Source: Squalus acanthias
Taxonomy: Eukaryota
NCBI GenBank assembly: GCA_030390025.1
Contig: CM059441.1
Location: 23,622,001-23,686,000, forward strand
Length of the DNA: 64,000 bases
Direction of reading: 5' to 3'
The notes below the pieces were generated by a model. It ran no database searches, had not been told where the DNA came from, and worked only from the letters and a program-made list of their open reading frames with translations. Shown here piece after piece: positions 37,788 through 50,550 of this stretch. The position numbers were made by a program, and so were the translations under genes. Numbering within the stretch: position 1 is the stretch's first letter; each line of letters begins with the position of its first letter.

Positions 37788-38409
37788 GATGGTGCATATA
37801 GCCAAATTCTCAGTATTAATGAGATAAAGGTGTCCCTTTAACTAATTAATGATGCACGTTTGATCTTGACATAAACGCCTTCAGATCATAAAATGTGAGT
37901 GTAATCCATTCCTCATGTTGGAACAGATTACAGACATCGAATAATAATGCTGAAGAGGGACAGTGTTATGAATATTGTGCTTATTTAGAAAAAAAATACC
38001 TACATGAACACTGCAAGGAAATTGAGTCCAAGCAAGTCAGTCGAGAGAAACAAGATGGCTGGGTTGATCATTCAGTCAATTTACTTTCAATCCTCTTGTA
38101 CATGCAATGAATTCCCAATTCTTGTTCTTTTGTGTCCCTGTGAAACTGTTGTCTCTCTTTAATTCTGTGTTGTGAAAACCTCCCGATTTTTGCCAGAGAA
38201 AAGAAGACTGAGAGAGGAGACAGGTCTTTTGAGCAACTAAAGTACAGTTAAGGTTGGTCCGAATAGGCGGATGCTAGAAATCTGAAATAGAAAATGCTGG
38301 AAACACACAACAGGGCAGTCCGTGTCAGTGGGGAGAAAAGATCTCAATGTTTTGGGCAGAACTCTTCCTCAGAACACAAGCTGTCTCACTTGAACTGTGA
38401 GCAAAGAAT

Positions 38410-38708
38410 TCTCTGCGCTCCTCCAATTCTGGCCTCTTGCACATCCCCGATTTCCATCACCCCACCATTGACGGTCGTGCCTTCAGCTGCTTAGACCTTA
38501 AGCTCTGGAATTCCCTCTCTAAACCTGTCTACCTCTCTCTCCTCCTTTAAGACGCTCCTTAAAACCTACCTCCTTGACCAAGCTTTTGGTCACCTGTCCG
38601 AATGTTTCCTTATGTGGCTCGGTGTCAAATTTTTTATGGTAACGCTCCTGTGAAGCGCCTTGGGGCATTTCTACTACTTTAAAGGCGCTATATAAATGCA
38701 GGTTGTTG
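38410..38708 (+). mobile_element. L2 LINE 3' end
   Basis: Same family as 2418-3000. Confidence 0.8.
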
Positions 38709-38757
38709 AGGTATTAATTCGAAAGTTAACATGCCTCGAGTGGCATTAGAGAACAAA

Positions 38758-39406
38758 GCCCCGATTTTAACCCCCCACACCCAACGAGAATGGGGCATGC
38801 GGAGGGGCGTTAAAATATAGGCAGCATTGCACCCAACGGATCCACACTGCACACATGACTCGGGCCGTGTTCTGGGCTGCTTGTGAGGTCCTGACCCCAG
38901 GGAGGCGAGGGCCTCGGTGAGGTTCAAGGTCAGGGTCTGATGGCAGCTGGAGCCAGGGGTCAGGTAAACCCGGTGCCGAGGAGCAGCAGGCGCAGAAGAG
39001 GACCTCATGAAAAGGAAAGTCCATTTTCCTTTTTAAAAGATTTCCTTGTGGACCAGGAGCAGCAGGAGTAGTCCTCAAGGGCCCCCCCACACCCCCGCTT
39101 CAAGGAAGCAACGGGCCTTCCCAGCCCCGTGCTTCCCGCGATCACCTTGGGCCCTCCTCCCCCTCCACTTCACTTCCCTTGCTGGGGACAATTTCCTTGG
39201 GTCCTTTGCGATGGCTTCCTTGCACGCTCACCCACTCCTGCCCGCTGACCTCATGTCATTGATGGTGGGTTTGGGCAGGAGGTGGGCCTTGTCTATTATA
39301 ATGGCCTGGGCCTCACGTTGGGCGAGCCTGACGCTCGTTCCGCAGCCCCTCCCCCCCCCCTCCCCCGCACACACCCTTGCCACTCGGCCCGAGTTAAAAT
39401 GGGGGC
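38758..39406. mobile_element. MITE with GCCCC(G/C)ATTTTAAC TIRs (Harbinger-like, tentative)
   Basis: 14-bp TIRs; second partial copy at 36405-36690; TSD not clear. Confidence 0.65.
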
Positions 39407-40544
39407 TTAGAATTCTCAAGAGGTTAGTTGATACGTAGAGCAGACATACCAGAACAAATAGCCAAGCCTCGAATCAGTTGATACTTTTTAAAAAGGGGAC
39501 TGAGAGTTAAAGAGACGTTTGATTCGCGTTAAGATTTTGACGAGTGTAGCGATCACGAAGGGTGGAGAGCCCATGATTGATGCGATCGTGTGTGGCGTGT
39601 GGAAGGAGCAGGTGTAATGGACTGAGCAGCTGCTTTCTCCTCCTGAGCTTTCTTATACGTGGCGAGGGCCCTGTGTGTGTGTGATAGCGCTCTCCGGGCG
39701 AGTGACTCCCCAACCGCCTTTGAAAACCGCACTGCTCGGCTGATCAAAAAGCTGGATTTACAGAAGTATGATTGACGACAAAGCTAAGGGCATTACGCAG
39801 CGAAGCCAAATTCAGTTCCACATTATCGCCCATGTGCGAGCACATTATTTCCCTTTCATCGGCTAAATGGCGCACGTGTGATTTTAAAAAAAAACATTCT
39901 TTTTTAGCAAACTGTTAGCTAAACACCGGCAGCTTTTTAAAATTCCACTCACTCCAGTTCAATGGCACGCGCTTCTTTTTTGAATTCCTCTGCATTGATG
40001 TTGCAATAATCTCTTGAGCCCTGCTTGCGTGTGCCGTTCTGCCTTCATCAGTTCGCTCATGCATGAAGGTAAAGTACTTGAGCTGGAGCGCATTAAAGGA
40101 CCCGTCCCCCTTGAGAACGTTTTCAGAAATGAATATTGAATAGTAGGACTCCTTCTGACATTCGCCGAGCACGCTCCTTTGACACCGGAGGTGCCCTGGA
40201 ATAATTGAGATATCACTTGCTTGGCACACCACCGTCGTCAAAGTCGTGCCCCACTCCCCCCTCCTGCCCCGCCCCCCCCCCCGCCACCCAAGGAGTTCAA
40301 TTCCACCACAATCCAAAATTCTCTACAGACTCGTTAATTTGGAGGGTGCTAGGACTCTGGAGAAGCTTTTACTTCAAGGGATGGAAAAGAGAGGAAGATT
40401 TGCATTTAAATAGCCGAAATTATCCTTCTCTCAAAAATGTCAAAGTGCAATGAAATGCGGTGGTTAATGTTATGTGGGCAAATATGGCAGCCATTTTGTA
40501 CACCGCAAATCCCACAAACAGCGGCAGGATGAATAACTGGATGT

Positions 40545-40955
40545 CAACGCCTCGATTTTAAAATTCTCATCCTTGTTTTCAAATCCCTCCGTGGCCTCGC
40601 CCCGCCCTATCTCTGTGAGCTCCTCCAGCCTCACAACCCTCCGAGATCTCTGCGCTCCTCCAAATCTGGCCTCTTGCGCATCCCCGATTTTCATCGCTCC
40701 ACCATTGGCGGCCGTGCCTTCAGCTGCCTAGGCCCTAAGCTCTGGAATTTCCTCCCTAAACCTCTCCGCCTCTCTCTCCTCCTTTAAGACGCTCCTTAAA
40801 ACCTACCTCTTTGACCAAGCTTTTGATCAGCTGTCCTAATATCTCCTTATGTGGCTCGGTGTCAAATTTTGTTTGATAATCGCTTCTGTGAAGTGCCTCG
40901 GGATGTTTTACAATGTTGAAGGCGCTATATAAATGCAAGTTGCTGTTGTTGTTGT
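40545..40955 (+). mobile_element. L2 LINE 3' end nested in an old minus-strand DeuSINE (40390-41210)
   Basis: L2 motifs and (TTG)n tail; the SINE continues on both sides. Confidence 0.8.
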
Positions 40956-41014
40956 AATATGTTTTTAGCAGTGATGTGTAAGGGGAGGAATATTAGCCAG
41001 GGCATCAAGAGATC

Positions 41015-41104
41015 TTCTGATGAAAGGTCACCCACCTGAAACGTTGACTCTGTTTCTCTCACCACAGATGCTGTCTGACCTGCTGAGTATTCCCAGCATT
41101 GTCT
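41015..41104 (+). ncRNA. Penelope pLTR fragment with minimal hammerhead motif
   Basis: CUGAUGA-A-AGGU-CACCC-ACCU-GAAACGUU followed by CTCTGTTTCTCTC..CACAGATGCTG..TGACCTGCTGAG. Confidence 0.65.
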
Positions 41105-41210
41105 GCTCTTCCTATAGTGCCATGAGATTCTTTTACTTCCACCTAAATCAGGCAGGGATGACTTTGGTTCAATGTCTCATCCAAAGGACGACACCTAATA
41201 CCGCAGCACT

Positions 41211-41632
41211 GGGGGCGATTTTTGCCGGCCCTGGGGAGGCGGGTTTGGAGGCGGGACTGCCGGGAAAATGGCAGAATCTGGGGGCAGGTACCCATCCCGC
41301 CCCCAACCCGCGTCCGTGCCATCTTCCCAGGAGGCGGGTACCCAACCCGCGCCGAGTCCCGTCTCCTCGAGGTGGGAAGGGGACTACAGCCACTTAATAG
41401 CCTGCTAACAGGTAGTTAACAGGCAGTTAAGAGGATTATCCCCATTTTTCCAACAGAAGTGCGGGCTTCCCGACATTGGGATACCCCGCCAGGGTCAGCG
41501 AGGCGAGCAGTGGGTCTGCGGGGGTCGGAGGGGTCCAAAAATGCGCTGTGGAGGTGAGTGATGGGTGCAAGTGTGGAGAGGTAATTATGTGAGGTGAGTG
41601 GAAAGTGTTAGAAAAAGTTTACTTACCTTTGT
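41211..41632 (+). mobile_element. Left half of a Harbinger-like MITE (same family as 51486-52296)
   Basis: About 400 bp colinear with 51486-51900. Confidence 0.8.
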
Positions 41633-42835
41633 TTCACACCTCCTGATACCCTTACCTAACAAAAATCTATCCATCTCAGTCTTGAAAATCTCGTGATCCA
41701 CAGCCTTTTGGGGGAAAGAGATCCAGATTTCCACTGTCCTTTGTGTGAAAATGTGCTTCCTGATTTCACTCATAAATGGCCTAGCTCTAATTATAAGATA
41801 ATGCCACTTTGTTCTGTATTTCCCCCACCAGAGGAAATCGTTTCTCTGCATCTATCCTGTTGAATCCCATTGTCCTTGTAAAGACCTCAGTTAGATCACC
41901 CTTCAACCTTCTAACTCAAGGGAATACAAACCAAGTTTATGCAACCCATCCTCATAATTTTGCCCTTTAAGCCTGGTATCATTCTGGTGAATCTGTGCTG
42001 TACCCACTCCGAGACCAATATATTTTCCCTGAGGTTCGGTGCCCAAAACTGAACACAGTACTGCAGATGGGATTTGACTCCAGTTGGGGTATTCCAGCCC
42101 CCCTTGAGATAAAGGCCAACATCCCATTAGCCTTTTTGATTATTTTTTGTACCTGTGCTCTAGATTTTAGTGATCTGTGCACATGGACACCTAAATCCCT
42201 CTGTTCCTCCATAGCCCCTAGCCTCTCGCCATTAAGAAAATATTCTGATTTGTCTTTCTCGGTTCCAAAGTGGATGACCTCACACTTCCCCACATTGCAC
42301 TCCATCTGCCCAGTTTTGTCCACTCACTTAGTCTGTCTATGCCCCTTTGCAACTTTTTTCTCCCATCTACACAACATAGGATCTGGAGGAGGCCGTTCAG
42401 CTCTTCGAGCCTATTCCGCCATTCAATTAGATCATGGCTGATCTGTACCTCAACTCCATCTACCCGCCTTGGTTCCGTAACCCTTAATGCCCTTGCCTAA
42501 CAAAAATCTCTCAATCTCAGTTTTAAAATTTTCAATTGACCCCCAGCCGCAATATCCTTTTTGGGGGAGAGAGTTCCAGATTTCCACTACCCTTTGTGTG
42601 AAGAGGTGCTTCCTGACATCTTCCTGAACGGCCTAGCTCTAATTGTAAGGCTATGCCTCCTTGTCTGGACTCCCCCACCAGAGGAAATAGTTTCTCTCTA
42701 TCTACCCTATCAAATCCTTTAATCATCTTAAACACCTCAATTAGATCACCCCGTAATCTTCTATACTGAAGGGAATACAAACCTAGTCTATGCAACCTGT
42801 CCTCATAATTTAATCATTTTAGCCCCGGTATCGTT
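41633..42835 (-). mobile_element. Two adjacent CR1 3' fragments (41633-42375 and 42375-42835)
   Basis: KCEVIHFG, QRDLGV and RRLRGDLIEVFK motifs. Confidence 0.8.
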
Positions 42836-43664
42836 CTTAGTGTCATCCTACATGACAAAACTTCAAAAGTACTTTATTGGCTGAGGTTGTGAAAAGCGCT
42901 ATAGGAATATGGGAACTTTCTTTCTTTCTACCTGCAAACTTGGATATACAACTCTCTAATCCCTCATCCAAATCACTAATGTATATATGGTGAAAAGCTT
43001 CATGTTATGCCAGGATGATGAGTGTGATTCATGGCTTCTATTGGTTCTTGCTCCCTAAACAAGGTTGGCAAGACACTTTTTTTTAAATCATAAAGGCAGT
43101 AACCTTTTGAAAACAGGAGGGTTGAGATTAGTGAGACACGCGCTGTGCCTGGTTGCAGGGTGCAAGTGTGGCATCCTTCTCAAACCCAGGACTAATTTCA
43201 TGTAAGTGACTGCCAGCTATTTGGCTGAAAGTAAGCTGAAGAACGAATCCAGTCTCCTCCTCCTAATAAACCCCTTGCTCAGTAGTTCAACACTTCTAAT
43301 CAATGATTCATAACTGGTAATTCACCAAAGACATGATCAAAGGAAGAAGGCGGGAGGGTACAGATTTGGGCATGGTTCAAACCATTCAGTCAGACCTCAG
43401 CAGTACGGCTCTCAATTGCTGCTGTCATCTACAATTACAAGACTCTATTTCCACTCTGCCTATCAGTCACGTTGCAATAGATTATTCTGTAGCAGAAATA
43501 CTCAGACATCAATGAGTGTTCTGCTCTTCACCTAATATTTCTGTGAAATGCAGCAAGATGGGTGATGTTTCTGGCCATGAAGGATTTAGAATTCACAGGT
43601 AAATGTTGGTCCAGGTTATTTATTTTTGTTCCTGAATTTCATAGTCTTTCAGCATTTTCCAGGG

Positions 43665-44380
43665 ACAGGATGTCAAGGCCTTGCGGAGCGGGCAGAGGAG
43701 ATTTACCAGAATGATACCAGGGGTGAGGGAATTCAGTTACCTAGAGAGACTAGAGAAGCTGGGATTGTTCTCCTTAGAGCAAAGAAGGTTAAGGGGAGAT
43801 TTAATAGAGGTTTTTCAAAATGATGAGGGGTTTTGATAGGGTAGATAGGGAGAAACTGCTTCCACTGGCAGGAGTGTCAGTAACCAGAGGTCTCAGATTT
43901 AAGATAATTGGCAAAAGAACCAGAGGGGAGATGACGAGAAATGTTTTTACGCAGCGAGTTATTGTGATCTGGAATGCATTGACTGAAAGAATGGTGGAAG
44001 CAGATTCATAGAATTACACAGAATATACAGCACAGAAACAGGCCATTCGGTCCAACCAAGCCATGCCGGTGTTTATGCTCCACTCGAGCCTCCCCCCATC
44101 CTTCTTCATCTAACTCTATCAGCATAACCCTCTATTCCCTTCTCCCTCATATGCTTATCTAGCCTCCCCTTAAATGCATCCATATGATTCACCTCAACCA
44201 TCCATTCAGTAAGATTCAATAACAACTTTGAAAAGGGAATTGGATAAATACTTAAAAAAAGAATAATATGCAGGGCTATGGGGGAGTGGGACTAATTGGA
44301 TAGCTCTTTCAGAGAGCCGGTACCAGGCATGATAGGCCGAATGGCCTCCTTCTGTGCTGTATTATTCTATGATTCTATGA
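43665..44380 (+). mobile_element. CR1 3' fragment interrupted by an antisense CR1 tail (about 44010-44200)
   Basis: LGLFSLEQRRLRGDL...VFTQRVIVIWNAL; (ATTCTATG)n tail. Confidence 0.8.
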
Positions 44381-44582
44381 ATGTGATGCTTCTATTTTCT
44401 TTCCAGTGTTCTCTCTGCCCCACCTCTCTTGAGCCCCATTACTCACTCTGGAGTACAGTTCAACGTGCACCACAGCCCTCTGTCACCTTGGACCATGTTT
44501 GAGTCTAGATAGTGAGCGCCCATGTCCACATATATATGCTTGCAGCAGGTGTTGCTTGATAGTGATCATAAAAACATCAGAT

Positions 44583-45424
44583 CATAAGAACATAAGAATT
44601 AGGAGCAGGAGTCGGTCATCTGGCCCCTCGAGCCTGCTCCGCCATTCAATAAGATCATGGCTGATCTTCTACCTCAACTCCACTTTCCTGCACTATCCCT
44701 ATATCCCTTGATTCTCTTAATATCTAAAAATCTAGCGATTTCTGTCTTGAATATACTCAACGACTGAGCCTCCACAGCCCTCTGGGGTAGAGAATCCCAA
44801 AGATTCACCACCCTCTGAGTAAAGAAATTTTCATCATCTCAGTCCTAAATGGCTGACCTCCTTATTCTGAGACTGTGACCCCTGGTTCTAGACTCACCAG
44901 TCAGGGGAAATATCCTCCCTGCATCTACCCTGTCAAGCCCTGTAAGAATTTTGTATGTTTCAATGAGATCACCTCTCATTCTTCTAAACTCTAGAGAATA
45001 TAGGCCTGGTCTACTCAATCTCTCCTCATAGGACAATCCCCCCATCCCAGGAACCAGTCTGGTGAACCTTCGTTGCGCTCCCTCTACGGCAAGTATATCC
45101 TTCCTTAGGTAAAGAGACCAAAACTGTACACAATACTCCAGGTGTGGTCTCACCAGGGCCTTATATAATTGCAGTAAGACATCTTTACTCTTATACTCAA
45201 ATTCACTTGTAATAAACGTACCATTTGCTTTCTTAATTGCTTGCTGTACCTGCATGTTAACTTTCAGTAATTCATGTACAAGGACACCCAGGTCCCTCTG
45301 AACACCAACATTTCCCAATCTGTCACCATTTAAAAAATACTCTGCTTTTCTATTTTTCCTACCAAAGCGGATAACTTGACATTTCTCCACATTTTATTCC
45401 ATTTGCCATGTTCTTGCCCACTCA
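44583..45424 (-). mobile_element. CR1 LINE 3' fragment with TSD ATCATAAG
   Basis: ORF 44845-45390 closely matches 24712-25893; ATCATAAG at 44581 and 45425. Confidence 0.9.
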
Positions 45425-46286
45425 ATCATAAGTAGGAAAACCTGGCCAATGTTTCTTCCCCCACCCCGCACCCCCTGCCTTCCTAGTCAAGGAGGTGCTG
45501 AGACCATTGCCAGACGGACTGAGATTGATTAAACCAGCACAGGCCAGTGCTCAAACGCAGGACTCTCCCGGTCTGTATTGCTCAGTAATACGCCACTGGC
45601 TCCGATTATGCAGCGGTGACCGTTAAATCACTGGACTGCACCCTGCTCTTTGTTGCAGTGCATCTTTTAGTCAGTGTGACTGATCCAACAGTGTGTGTCA
45701 CATTGGAAATCTTGCTGTATTCCGCTGTGAAGCAAAGGTTGGCTTTTAGAGCTTTATAGAGAGCATTTGTGAGCAATTTGGCAAATGAAAGCTACTTCTG
45801 TTATTTGCTTTACACATACAATATTGATTTCTAAGTCCATTTAAATGGCACAGCAAACAAAAAATATCTGTAACACTTCAAGGTAAATCATCAATTGCGA
45901 TTCTATCACTTTTCTATCTCTTACTTTTCGTATTTTTCTCCTTTTCAAGCTGCCCCATCCCCACATCATTCTCGGGACCTAGAGGGCACTAAGCAGCTTG
46001 CTTGTAGCTCTGTGGCATGGCACTTCTGTAACTACCAGCTAGAACAATACCCAGGCTGACTGGGGTCTCCATTTTAGCTCTTCCCCTTGTCGAGAAGGTC
46101 CTCGCTTGCCCTGAGCAGCCTACTTGTGTTTGGGAATGAGCTATTTGGAGAAGCAAGCACTGGTAACCCTTGTGCTGGCACTCTGAGATTAAAAAGTTGA
46201 GCATCATTTGGCCTATCTAGCTTCCTGTTTGCTCCCATGGCATGATATCTTAATAGACTGATTCCTTCCCATTTACTCTCATTATA

Positions 46287-46555
46287 CAGGAATCCCGCCC
46301 CAACCGCGGGTTTGCCATACGCGGATTTCAAGTATACACGGTTTCCTCTCTGCAACAACTTTTGCCAACCGCGGCAGTGAATTTTGCGTATCCGCGGTTT
46401 TTAATTTAGGATTAAGATAAATAACATGATTTTATTGCTTTTATGTTCTTTTTTATTGTGTTATTTGAACATTTATACTGTATTGGCCAACCGCGGTTTT
46501 ACTAACCACGGGGGTTTTCAGGGACGTATCCCCCGCGGTTGGGGAGTGATTCCTG
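46287..46555. mobile_element. Tc1/mariner (Tigger/pogo-like) MITE
   Basis: TA-CAGGAATC...CCCCAACCGCGGG and CCCGCGGTTGGGG...GATTCCTG-TA; TA TSD. Confidence 0.8.
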
Positions 46556-46682
46556 TATATGGTTCTGGTGGATTCCACTTCTTCCTGTGCACTCTCACAC
46601 AAACATTATAGTTATTCCCATTATGCTAACTCCAATGAAATCTACCACTTTCCATTTGCTTTCATTGTCCAACTTTTTCCAG

Positions 46683-46782
46683 TTCTGACGGAGGGTCATC
46701 GACCTGAAACGTTAACTCTGTTTCTCTCTCTACAGATGCTGCCTGGCCTGCTGAGTGTTTCCAGCATTTCCTGGTTTTATTT
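46683..46782 (+). ncRNA. Penelope pLTR fragment with mutated hammerhead motif
   Basis: CUGACGG-AG-GGUC-AUC-GACC-U-GAAACGUU; same family as 41015. Confidence 0.55.
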
Positions 46783-46854
46783 ATGCTAATTAAACTCTTC
46801 TGCTTCTTGGCTGGTTGCTCATTGGAGAATCTTGTCGTGACAGAGTGGTATCCC

Positions 46855-47426
46855 ACCATGGCCTCACCCCTCCCTATCTCTGTAACCTCCTCCAGCCCCA
46901 CAACCCTCCGAGATCTCTGTGCTCCTCCAATTCTGGCCTCTTGCGTATCCCTGATTTCCATCGCTCCACCATTGGTGGCCGTGCCTTCAGCTGGCTAAAC
47001 CCTAAGCTCTGGAATTCCCTCCCTAAACCTCGCCGCCTCTCTCTCCTCCTTTTAAGACGCTCCTTAAAACCTACCTTTTTAACCAAGCTTTTGGTCATCT
47101 GTCTTAATATCTCCTTCTGTGGCTCGATGTCAAATACTCAGCAGGTCAGGCAGCATCTGAGGAGAGAGAAACAGAGTTCACATTTCAGGTTGGGGTTTTG
47201 ACAATATTTATTTCAAATTTTCAGCTGCTGCAGTGCCCTTGGTTCCCGGTCCGGGAACGCCTCAATATTAAAATTCTCATCCTTGTTTTCACATCCCTCC
47301 ACGGCCTCGCCCCTCCCTATCTCTGTAACCTCCTCCAGCCATACATCCTTCCGAAATCTCTGCGCTCCTCCAATTCTGGCCTCTTGTGCATCCCTGATTT
47401 TAATCGCTCCACCATTGGCGGCCGTG
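46855..47426 (+). mobile_element. Two overlapping L2 3' fragments separated by an antisense PLE fragment (47131-47230)
   Basis: L2 segment CCCTCCCTATCTCTGTAACCTCCTCCAGCC occurs twice. Confidence 0.7.
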
Positions 47427-49387
47427 CATAGATGCATTTAAGGGGAAGCTAGATAAACACACGAGGGAGAAAGGAATAGAAGGATATGCTGATGGGGTGA
47501 GATGAAGAGGGGTGGGAGGAGGCTCGTGTGGACCATAAACACCGGCAGGGACCTGTTGGGCCGAATGGCCTGTTTCTGTGCTGTAAATACTATGTAATTC
47601 TTTGTAATATTTAGGTGTGAAGACATTGGTTGGCTTTTAGAAGCCTATAGAGTGTAGGAGGAAAAGAAGAGTGTGTGTGGAGTGGTGGGGGTGGGGGGGG
47701 GGGGGGGGGGGGCAGGGGGGAGGGGTAGGCAGTTCTGCAGTTTTGAAGTCGTTGGAAAGATTAAGTTGAAGGAGATGGTGTGATGGGTCTCAATTTCAAC
47801 ATAACGAGAATGCAGAAAGGAAGAATATTGTGTCGGCTGATGTAATCGGAGCTCTGGAAGGACTTCGAATTACACTCCAATGTCTTCTCTTCTATTACTT
47901 TTGCTATTCTTTGATGTAAGATTCTAGGGGGTCTGGAGATAAAAGCAACTCATTATTACCACACCAATTTGAGTGTTGATTCGGACATAACAGGGTAGGC
48001 TGTGAGAGATGAGCAGCTGCACAGTTTTTGAGTTAGAATCATGGAGTTAGAATGGGAGGCATTAGATTGCGGCACACGCACGATGGGCCGAATGGCCTTC
48101 TGTGCTGTATCATTCTAGGAAGAGGAGATGTTCAGTGGAGCAGTGACCTTTTGATAAAATAAGAGAAACACAAGAAAGGTTGCAATGTAAGAGAGGTTGG
48201 AGGCTGGAGCTGGAGGAGGAATTGCCCATCAGACAACAGCCTGTTTCTTGCATCCTGTCCAGGAGTGTTGGGGGGGGGGGGGAGTGGGAGGGGTACTAGA
48301 ATGGGCTCCCCAGTTTGGGGGCAGTATCCGGGTATTGGATAAAACTGGGTTTTATAGAGTGTTGTTGCGGAGGAAAGGAATGTTTGGCAGGAAAAAGGAA
48401 ACCAAACTTCTTGTGTTAGCGTTAAAGAGATGTCGAAGTTCCAATTGGCATCAAAGGAGATAGTGAGACCAAGAATGTCATGAGATGAAGATGAACTAAG
48501 ACTGGAACCATCAAATAGAGGTGGTTTAGAGATATATGATATGGTTGTTTATGGATCCGTCATCAATAAATGTATAGATCAGTGAATGTTACAGAGTATG
48601 ACTCCTGTGTTCCGCTATCCTGCAGTATCTGAATAATTGGTTAACTAGGCTTCATTAACATAGTGAATATGTTAACATTGTCTGGATTATTGATTGCTAT
48701 TGATGCTTCTTGAAGGAGTAATGTCTTCATTACATGATTGAAACATTTCATTTTGGTTTAAGAAAGAAATGTATGCCTTTTTTATTTATGTCTTCATGAC
48801 ATCATGAGCAAGCAACAAGATGATGCACTTTGACAAGATTTACGTTGTTACATTATGTGCTCGTAAATGAAAGGGGGGAAAAATTTCCAAACACTTTTAT
48901 AAAGACTATACCCCTTTAATACTTTTCAATGGTTTTTTTTCTAAGATGAAATATTTATGTTGTCCGATAACTGGTGAAGTATAAAAAAGAGAATGGTGTT
49001 TCACTCGATGTTAAGCACTGGATACTTCTGCTTTGCTTATACCTCGTAGCGCTGTCTATCCGCCTTGCAGATTTCTTTTATGGATGCACTCACTGGAAGA
49101 GAGAGCTTTAATGTTAGATTTTCCAGTGCAGGGAAGATCAATCCAGTGCAGCCATAGAAAACCTCATTTGGCTGACAAAAAGGGAGAGCACATGACAGAC
49201 AAGGTGCCCAACCAGGCTGCTCTGTTTTTCAGTCGTTTAATCCCTGTTGTGTTTCTTCATTGTTACCTTTCACTAGCTGACATGGACAGGCACACACGGC
49301 CACACATGGACAACTCCCTCTTCTGCCTGGATAACCTGCTGTGTTCAATCTAGACTCATGGCAATGCCCCCGTCATTCTAACGCTAT

Positions 49388-49468
49388 GGGGGCAAAATTC
49401 GGTTGTTTTGCGCCTCCTGTTAGCGCCCTAAGGGGGCGCTAATGGGGCACAAAGCAATTAGCGCCCAG
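49388..49468 (+). mobile_element. Terminal remnant of the 60434-61195 MITE family
   Basis: GGGGGCAAAATTC...TTGCGCCTCCTGTTAGCGCC...GGGCGCTAATGGGGC matches 60434-60510. Confidence 0.7.
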
Positions 49469-49805
49469 ACACTTCAAAAGTACTTGGCTGTGTAAGGTCT
49501 TGAAAGGCACTATATAAATGCAAAACTTTCTTTTTTCTTTCTCTGTCTGCTATTTTAGCAGAGGTGTTAATCCATTTGTAAATTATTTTTTCTAGGGCCG
49601 TGGGCGACACTGGCAAACCATTATCTACTGCCCATCACTTCTTGCCCCGAGGGCATCAAGGGTTAACCATATAGTGTGGGACTGGAGTCACATGTAGGCC
49701 GTTCCTTTTCCTGAAGGGCATTGGTGAACTAGTTGGGATTTTACAACAATCCAACACTTTTCATGGCCATTTCCTGGTTCTAGTCCACAAATTACTAAAT
49801 TTAAT

Positions 49806-50550
49806 GGCCCGGATTTTGTGGTGGTAATGACGGCGAAACTGTCAGCGTTCGCCGTCATTACCCCTCTGAAATTGACAGCAACTTCAGGATTTAGTGCATG
49901 TGCAGATAAATGCGCTGTGGACTCCCCAGAGCCGGCAATCAATTAAAATCACATATAAACATGAAAACTTCCCTTATTACACTGGAATATCACTGTTACC
50001 CACCACCACCCGCCCCGCACCACCCCCTCCCGCCTTCCTCACCTCGAAAAAGTTAAGCCTTGTTGGAAGAGATGTAACTGGGTTTTTAACAGCACATTGA
50101 CTGTTGAACAACCATTCTGGCCCTGAAAAACTAATTTTATATTTATTGAATGTCAAATTTTTGCATTAATATAATTAAGAATTACATAGGTTTTAAAATA
50201 ATTTTTTTTAAAGTTTGTTTATGATATTTCAGCTTCTACCTTAATCCTATGTGTATGTCCCAATCTTTATTTTGCTTTCTGTAAAATTTATAATAAGTAA
50301 ATTAGAATCTGTGCATTTTACTTCCTGGTTTGCTGTCTGTGTGAATTCTTCAATGTGATTGGCTGCTTAGCCAGCTTGATGACATTACTGTTGCCGGATG
50401 CTGGAGATTCGCTTGATTTGGCGCCAGATTCAAACAAAGGTCAGGAGAGCTGAAATTCACGCCACAGAGATCACTAGATCTTTGTGGGCAGCTTTCTTCG
50501 TGATCAGCGGCAAGCGCCGTCACTTCGCCGCTGACCGCAAATTCCGGGCC
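49806..50550. mobile_element. Harbinger-like MITE inserted in a minus-strand SINE family 2 copy (49590-50645)
   Basis: TIR GGCCCGGA(T/A)TTTG(T/C)GGT; flanks AAT / ATT; subterminal hairpin GTAATGACGGCGAA...TTCGCCGTCATTAC. Confidence 0.8.

Noticed and set aside
39915-40316. 133-aa minus-strand ORF as a gene
   Set aside because: No recognisable motif or convincing splice pair; kept only as part of a CpG-rich block
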